From: Octopus vulgaris
Lineage: Eukaryota
Length of the DNA stretch: 64,000 nt
Reading direction: 5' to 3'
Assembly: GCA_951406725.2 (NCBI GenBank)
Contig: OX597833.1
Location: forward strand, 34,348,001 to 34,412,000
Of this stretch, positions 61,720 through 64,000 are shown one piece after another (within the stretch, counting starts at the first letter, position 1; each line of letters starts with the position of its first letter). The translations under genes were made by a program, and so were the position numbers. The notes beneath the pieces were generated by a model. It did not search any database. It was not told the DNA's origin and saw nothing but the letters and a program-made list of their open reading frames with translations.

Positions 61720-63680
61720 GCAATTCGAGCAAGGTCATTGGCATAGAGGAGCTCCCAGGGGGCATCCTGTCTCGAATTCCTCTGTTATTGCCTGGAGGAC
61801 TATGATGAATAAGAGGGGGCTAAGGACTGATCCTTGGTGGACCCCTACCTGGAATTCTTCACTGTAGTCATTGCTAACCCTCATCTTACTGACAGCATCC
61901 CTGTACATAGCTTGTACAGCTCTCACTAACCATTCATCTATCCCTAGTTTCCTCATTGACCACCAAATAAGGGATCAGGGGACCCTGTCAAAGGCTTTCT
62001 CTATGTCAACAAAAGCTAAGCACAGAGGTTTATCTTTGGCTAGGTATTTCTCCTGCAGCTGTCTTACCAGAAATATAGCATCAGTGGTGCTTTACCCTGG
62101 CACAAATCCAAACTGCATCTCATCTAGACTGACTCTCTCCCAAATTAGTTGGGCTATGACCCTCTCTGTGACTTTCATTACCTGATCCAACAACTTGATA
62201 CCGCTGTAATTATTTGTATTTAATGTGTCACCTTTACCTTTGTAGCAGTTGACTATGATGCTGCTACAGCAGTAATTGGGGTATGACTCTTTCATGTATC
62301 ACCTGGTTGACTATACAACTAGACTATAGTTGACACTGCCAGATATTTTAAGCATCTCTGCAGTGATTCCTGGTGGGCCAGGGGCTTTCCCTGTCTTCAT
62401 ACCATTAATTGCTTTATCTACGAAGATACTGTCAATTTGAATAGCTCTGTTGGGTCGACATTTGGCAGACTCTCTTTCTCCCATTCATTCTCTTCATTTA
62501 GCAACCTTTCATAGTGGCATCTCCAAATCTCTCTCTTTGCAGCCTCGTTAAATGCAAGTGAGCCATCATCCATGCGGATATATTTTTCTATGACATCACG
62601 ATTCTCTCACACACTGTCTTGTAACACAAAACACTTCAAGTCTTTGGTCCTGACGATGCAGAACATTGGCAAATTTCTTCCTTTTCTGTTTCCCCTCTGG
62701 CAATCTGATACAATTCCCTAGCTTCCCTTCTGGCAATCTGATACAATTCCCTGGTACCACTGTTCTTCTATGCCTGTTTCTTTACCCTACTGGCCCTGTC
62801 AACCACATTGTTCCACCACCACGTTACCTTGGGTCGAGAGGGGACTTTGCACCATCCACAGATCTGGTCAGTAACCTTCAACAGGTTGTCCCATAGGAAC
62901 CTCCAGTTGGCTTCCACATCATGTGAAGCTATATCCCCCTCTATTTCATCAAAAGCTTTGAGTAATATGTCTTTAAATCTCTGTCCATTCGCAGGATCCT
63001 TAAGCTTCCAGACCCTTCTCTTCCATGCTAGTCATCTTCTGGGCATACATTTAGCCCTGATCCTGAAGTCACTATGTTGTGGTGTGCATTCTTCATCTGG
63101 GTAGGTTTTGGCATTTGTAAGTAGCCATCTTACCTGTTTCCTGGTGATGATGTAATCAATTTGACTAGTGTGTCCACCAGAATGGTAGGTAAATAGGTGA
63201 CTAGCAGGTTTCCTGAAGTTAGTATTACAAACCAGCAGCCTGGTTCCCTCATTGCGGGAAAGAAAACCATAGCCTCCATGTACGCCACAGAAGCCCCCTG
63301 CAAGTTATCCAACATGCCCACTGAAGTTGCCAGCCACAACCAGAAGATCCCTGTCATTCGTCAATGCGGTAGTCTGCAAGAGGGTGTCATAAAATCGGTC
63401 TTTCTGTTCATCAGGTAGCCCTGGCTGAGGGGCTTAAGCCAAGATAATGGTTGCTAACCCATGTTGCAGCACTAATCTAATCTTAAGTATTCTATCACAG
63501 ACTCTGACTACCTCGATTACCTTATCAACCCATTTCTCTGCAAGAAGTATACCCACATCCCCCAACCTTGTCAGTGTTCCCTGTCCAGAAAATCTTATAC
63601 CTATGTTCTTTGCCTGTGAGGAAGCCAGCAGAACTTCTTCTCCACCTTACTTCTTGGATGCAGCACAAATCTACACATTT
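61720..63680 (-). mobile_element. RTE-clade LINE (endonuclease plus RT), defective
   Basis: CCIQEV, MQFGFVPG, VRQLQEKYL..FVDIEKAFDRV, GVHQGSVLSPLLF motifs; multiple frameshifts. Confidence 0.9.
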
Positions 63681-64000
63681 CTCTATATATAGTATTTATC
63701 TCTTACCAGATGGTGTACTTATTTTGTCAATCTTACAATCATGAAGCAGTACACTGTGTGTTGTGTCTCTGTATCTGTCCCCCACCACCACTTGACAACC
63801 AGTATTGATGTGTTTATGTCCCCATAATGTAATGGTTCAGCAAAAGAGACTGATAGAGTGAGTATTGAGTAAAAAAAAAAAAAAGTATTGTGGTTGATTC
63901 ATTTGATGAAAAATTCTTCAAGGTGGTGCTCCAGCATAGCCACAGTCTAATGACTGAAACAAGGAAAACAGGTATGAAAATAAATGGCAAACACTTATCT

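Overview
AT-rich, microsatellite- and transposon-dense animal genomic DNA. The SINE/RTE/Penelope repertoire strongly suggests an Octopus-like cephalopod (inference). Two host genes are supported. The first is the 3' terminal exon of a Na+/K+-ATPase beta subunit (+, 6777-7274). The second is a convergent 7-finger C2H2 zinc-finger gene (-, CDS 24535-26754 in one exon). Its 5'UTR probably splices across a ~20-kb TE-filled intron to a repeat-poor promoter near 47.3-48.0 kb, which carries YY1, CRE and E2F-like motifs and may be bidirectional. The rest is mostly mobile DNA: RTE and CRE-clade LINEs, Penelope-like elements, a Gypsy remnant, mariner/Tc1, pogo/Tigger, hAT-Buster, a piggyBac-like MITE, non-autonomous Helitrons and tRNA-derived SINEs. 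The most notable structures are minimal hammerhead-ribozyme motifs with a variant core, a 589-bp foldback element with a TTAGGG loop and 8-bp TSD, and a Gypsy LTR converted into an inverted-repeat unit. No clearly new multi-gene system can be demonstrated from the sequence alone. Coordinates of degraded repeats are approximate.
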